Assembly: GCA_002633005.1 (NCBI GenBank)
Contig: NMRA01000206.1
Coordinates: forward strand, 404,991 to 468,990
Reading direction: 5' to 3'
From: Phoronis australis
Taxonomy: Eukaryota > Animalia > Phoronida
Length of the DNA: 64,000 nt
In this document: positions 60,101-64,000 of the stretch, one piece after another
Numbering within the stretch: the stretch's first letter is position 1
How the letters are laid out: every line of letters starts with the position of its first letter
The notes under the pieces: model-generated
Seen by the model: only the letters and a program-made list of their open reading frames with translations
Told to the model about the DNA's origin: nothing
Databases searched by the model: none
Program-made: the position numbers and the translations under genes

Positions 60101-62103
60101 AACCTGTGTCTAGCCTACTTCTAAATGACTTCAGTTTACACAGAACTCAATATGTTCTACAACAATGATACTTGACTGATTTGAGGCATTGAAACTTTGT
60201 CAACAATTTTTATGAGGCTTACCTTCAAGTAAAAGTATCTGGGATTGGCTAGATGTATATGTAATCAAGCAGTGCGCCAAGAACCTACAAAAATAACCTC
60301 ATTCGACCTATAAGAATCAACATGCCTCAGGTAAATGTTGATTCAACTTGAAGTCTAGATTTTATTTTTGAACAAACATCGATCAACAATAATTCTTAAC
60401 AACACTACAGGTCACTGTGGTCCAATTCAATTGACTATGCAAACAAAGCAACCCTTTTATTTATCCTGAGGGTTTTTCAATTCAAAGCACTCACGAAAAC
60501 AACTTTTCACCACACTATGGCATCAATGAAATAAGACGAAAAATTCATTTAATATTACATAAAATCAAAGGAAAAGATTATAACTTCTCAACAAGTTTCT
60601 GTGTTGAGCACGCATTTTCAGATTCCAGATAAGGTTAATCAATAAGTAATTGCCGAAATAATGATATTAGTTTTCGTAAAAGGCTTTTGTGCCAAACAGA
60701 GACTGTCACAGTAGAACCTGGCTGTAGCATGAAAGACGGCCATTCATTAGAAACTGAGACCCTTTTTAACAGTGGCATTGTACCACCTTTTAAAAATTTT
60801 GATAGGCAGCAACGGTTGAGCTAACCTGTTTGACGCCACGGGAGCTGTATAAACAATGGGCTAACAAGGGGTGGCTCTGTAAAAAAAAGAGTGTCAGCCT
60901 TGTGAGATTTTAACTCGCTGTGCCAGACAAACGGCACGCAGAATAAACTGTTGTGCGTTTAAGAATTGTAAATGGCCATTTGGACAAATGGAAATCCATC
61001 TTCAAACAAAATTTCTCAACCTCTTTTTCACAATGTTCATGAAAGTTATTTAATTTCAGACCAATTTTTGAGTGACAAGTATAATTATAAGTAATTGCAA
61101 AACATTTCATCCTATAAATGTTGTGATTACACTTTTTCTGGCAAAGCAACCCACTGAATTCATTACGTCACGTGATGTGGCCAACAGATGGCGTGCTGAC
61201 AAGACTAATGTTTGTATAACCAACTGAATTGTAACCTTGACACCTCTGTCTGAATGGCAAATTTATATTCAGAGAATGTAGTGAATATTTATCATCTTAA
61301 GCTGTTTTTTTCACAAATGAAGTTGATAAATAATCAACCACATCGTGTATCGAGTAAAATTTCATTACAGGTAACTTGTATGATTGGTTAATAGAAATGG
61401 AAACCTCTTGCAGTAACATTTTACCAATTTCTGACAAAAAATTGTCAAACTTGCCCTTTCTTCATTTTTCAAGAACCCCTAACATTACTGTGAACGCCTA
61501 CGAATCAAGCTTGATAACACTGCGGGTTGTTACTCATGTACAGAACTTGAACATGGAAAAGTATTTACTCTGTACTGCATAGACTTAAAGATGTATTTAA
61601 ATGCTCTTAACTATGCTAATGTATAGCAGGAACTAAACAACAATGCTATTTGAACACCATCAACGCTGTATTCATTGACAATTTGTAAATGTGAAAACAA
61701 AAAATTCAGCAAATAGGTTACCTCTGCACTAATGACGCAGCTTAGGGGCCCACACAGCCCACATCATGCAGAGTTATTCCCTAACATATCACAATAGTAA
61801 CTGGATATGTTTGAACGATTTACAACGGATCATACTCGACACAAAACTTGTTTTTAAAAGCATTTGGCAATTTTCAACCTACTTCATATTCACATTGTCG
61901 GCATGTTCCTAACTAATTTGACCAAGCAATCACACAGATAAGGAATTAGCATGCAAGTTCCAATTAAAGAAAATAAGATTCACTAGTCTGCTGGGATGTA
62001 GCCTAAATTGGGTGATTTTACCAGGAACAGACCTTCATAAAGGCATAACAGCTCTCCCATGGTAAGTCAAACTTACCAGCCCCTGGCTTAATGTAAAGAC
62101 TAA

Positions 62104-64000
62104 AGGGCGTTTCACACTAAAGTCGCGACGTTTTGGGGAGTTTGCGGTCAGTATGATCCCTTAATTTTGGTCCTGGATCGAAGATAACAGCGCCAATTAA
62201 CTTCGCAGTAAACAGGTGGATTTAAGAGCAGAGTGCTGACGCTGTGGTGCAATATAAACGGTAAACTTCGGTGCCATCGAAGTTATAAGTTATCGCCTGG
62301 TGTCACTGTTATCATCAACAAGTACAAGCTAGTGCCGTCCCTAATAATTGCTTATATTTTGCTCAAATTGAATTAAAAATAAGTTTTATGTAAATGTTCC
62401 CAAATTGCCACATTAAAAAAATCTTAGCGTGCAGTGCTACCTTGTAATTACTTCGACGACAACAGTGTCACCTACCGTTTACGTCGACGCTCTGCTCAGA
62501 CCGGAGTTAAGATAGTAGAAAAAGACCTAGAGTTTGTAATTCTAAGGGTGAGGAAATGCTGCGCGCTGTTTTGGTGAGAATTATTTTGTTTTCTTATGTA
62601 GCATTAAATCAGATCTTGTTAATTGGTTGTATCAATTGGCATTCCCTAAAAAAAATTATTGCCCATAAATTTGATGTTGGCTTGAGGAAGACGCTTTCTT
62701 GCTGACAAATGATGAACTCAAGATAAACGAATGCATGATCTGAGTTATCAGGCACTTGTCTATTCATATGAGATGCAGATAAAACCACCATTTGCATTAT
62801 ATAACGAAAAAAATTTTTCGAGAAATTGTTGCTATTGGTTGCGATTTCTAGTCACTGCATGGAGGCTCAGAAAAATATACAGAAATAGCTGACACTCACG
62901 ATGCTACACATGTCAACGGAGTCTGCAGGCTAAAGTCTTCTGCCAGGTCGAAGTTTTAAGGTGTATAAAATCGAGCTAGCTACATGCCAAGAATTGTACA
63001 ATGACACTTGGCTTACTTCAAAATGCAACTTAGCTTGGTGGATTGGTAATTGGCTCAATATATTTAGCAAGCCCAGCAGAATTAATGAGGAGCATAATGT
63101 GGTCAGATTATACAAAAGTCACATTTCTTGCCCGATTTTTGAAATTCAAAACATTTTCATGAACTATTCAAACATTCTATTTAAAAACTTTCAAAACCAA
63201 AATTTAAAAATCTTATTGTCGCCCCCAGCGTCTTTATGATAGGTCTGATTACATGGAGAACGCTCACATTAGCAACCAGGCAGAGGGGATGTAATCAACA
63301 GCATGGTATTTGATCAATAATTTTGAAGTACCCAAACTGGTTCACCTGCCCAATCTTTCTTTTCATTTATATTATGGAATCAACATAAGGAGGTGAACCA
63401 AACCCTTGGATTTACCACTGTCAACTGATGATAGCGACATCTATTGTTGGATATTGTCACTTCCAACTAAGCAACTGGCAATAATTGTGAAATTCTTTAT
63501 CAGAATGGGCCATAGATTTGCTTGTTTACAATTCAAAAGCCATTCACTGAGCGGCACATCCGTTCAAGAACAGGCGCTAGTGGCAAGTGGACATGAAGTC
63601 ATGAAGTCTGGCCTGGGTCCTGATGCCTCGGCCAGCTTCACCGTGGATTTCCCTTGTCCCAGGGTTCTGGAATGTATGGCTGAATGGCACAGACCCGTGA
63701 AATTCCGTGTGTATCGCGAAGTTTTTGGTGCGTATGCATAAACTGCTGCATTTAAACTTTCGCAAATGTTCGTGTTGAATAGATACTTCATATCTGCTAG
63801 CTGTTCCTGGTTGAAGTAGGAGTTGATTTTTGCTTGAATTGTTTTCAAGTCTTTTTCACTGAGTTCTAGATGCCGGTCATAAGGCAAGTGGCTTGTTGTA
63901 TAGTTGCTATGATGTGCAATGCACACAGATGATAGCTCGCGACATTGCTGGTGCTGTCCTGAAAAACAGCTAGTAACATTGTTCACTGCAGCAGCTCCAA
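62104..64000. mobile_element. Probable DNA transposon carrying the transposase fragment; left terminus near 62104
   Basis: Shift to CpG-rich sequence starting ctaa|AGGGCG, a TTAA-like site plus purine terminus as in Kolobok; the right terminus is outside the window. Confidence 0.45.
63564..64000 (-). pseudogene. Transposase C-terminal fragment, Mutator-like/Kolobok-type DDE family; frame open to the window edge
   Basis: CFSGQHQQCRELSSVC and NTNICESLNAAVYAYAPK...RNFTGLCHSAIHSRTLG resemble the TNxxESxNxxxxxxxPK motif around the catalytic Glu of this group; appears truncated or frameshifted after AEASG. Confidence 0.7.

Noticed and set aside
40316-62000. Upstream non-coding Sema5 exon(s) or a second protein-coding gene
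   Set aside because: Several donor-like sites exist but none can be supported without transcript data; no ORF here shows a recognisable domain
62060-62078. Palindrome tggtaagt-caa-acttacca giving a donor consensus on both strands
   Set aside because: An 8-bp stem is expected by chance in 64 kb, and no exon could be tied to it

Overview
Eukaryotic (invertebrate-like, AT-rich, intron-rich) genomic DNA. The window is dominated by one minus-strand gene encoding a class-5 semaphorin (signal peptide, Sema domain, PSI domain, thrombospondin type-1 repeats). I traced 14 coding exons from the ATG at 40132 down to 4302. All have GT..AG boundaries and mutually consistent phases, giving 787 codons. The remaining TSP1 repeats, transmembrane segment and cytoplasmic tail expected for Sema5 were not found in 1-4301. 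They either lie beyond the left edge, or the last exon can read through to a stop at 4165, which would give a secreted form. The rest is intronic/upstream DNA with transposon relics: a tRNA-derived SINE with a clean 13-bp TSD, an RTE LINE 3' end, a multi-copy palindromic MITE family, a Helentron-like end beside a ~154-bp tandem array, and a Mutator-like/Kolobok-type transposase fragment at the right edge. There are also mini- and microsatellites and a 2.3-kb near-identical duplication around an N-gap that is probably an allelic assembly artefact. Most ORFs in the supplied track are spurious. I found no convincing evidence of a wholly new biological system; the best leads concern Sema5 isoforms and repeat biology.
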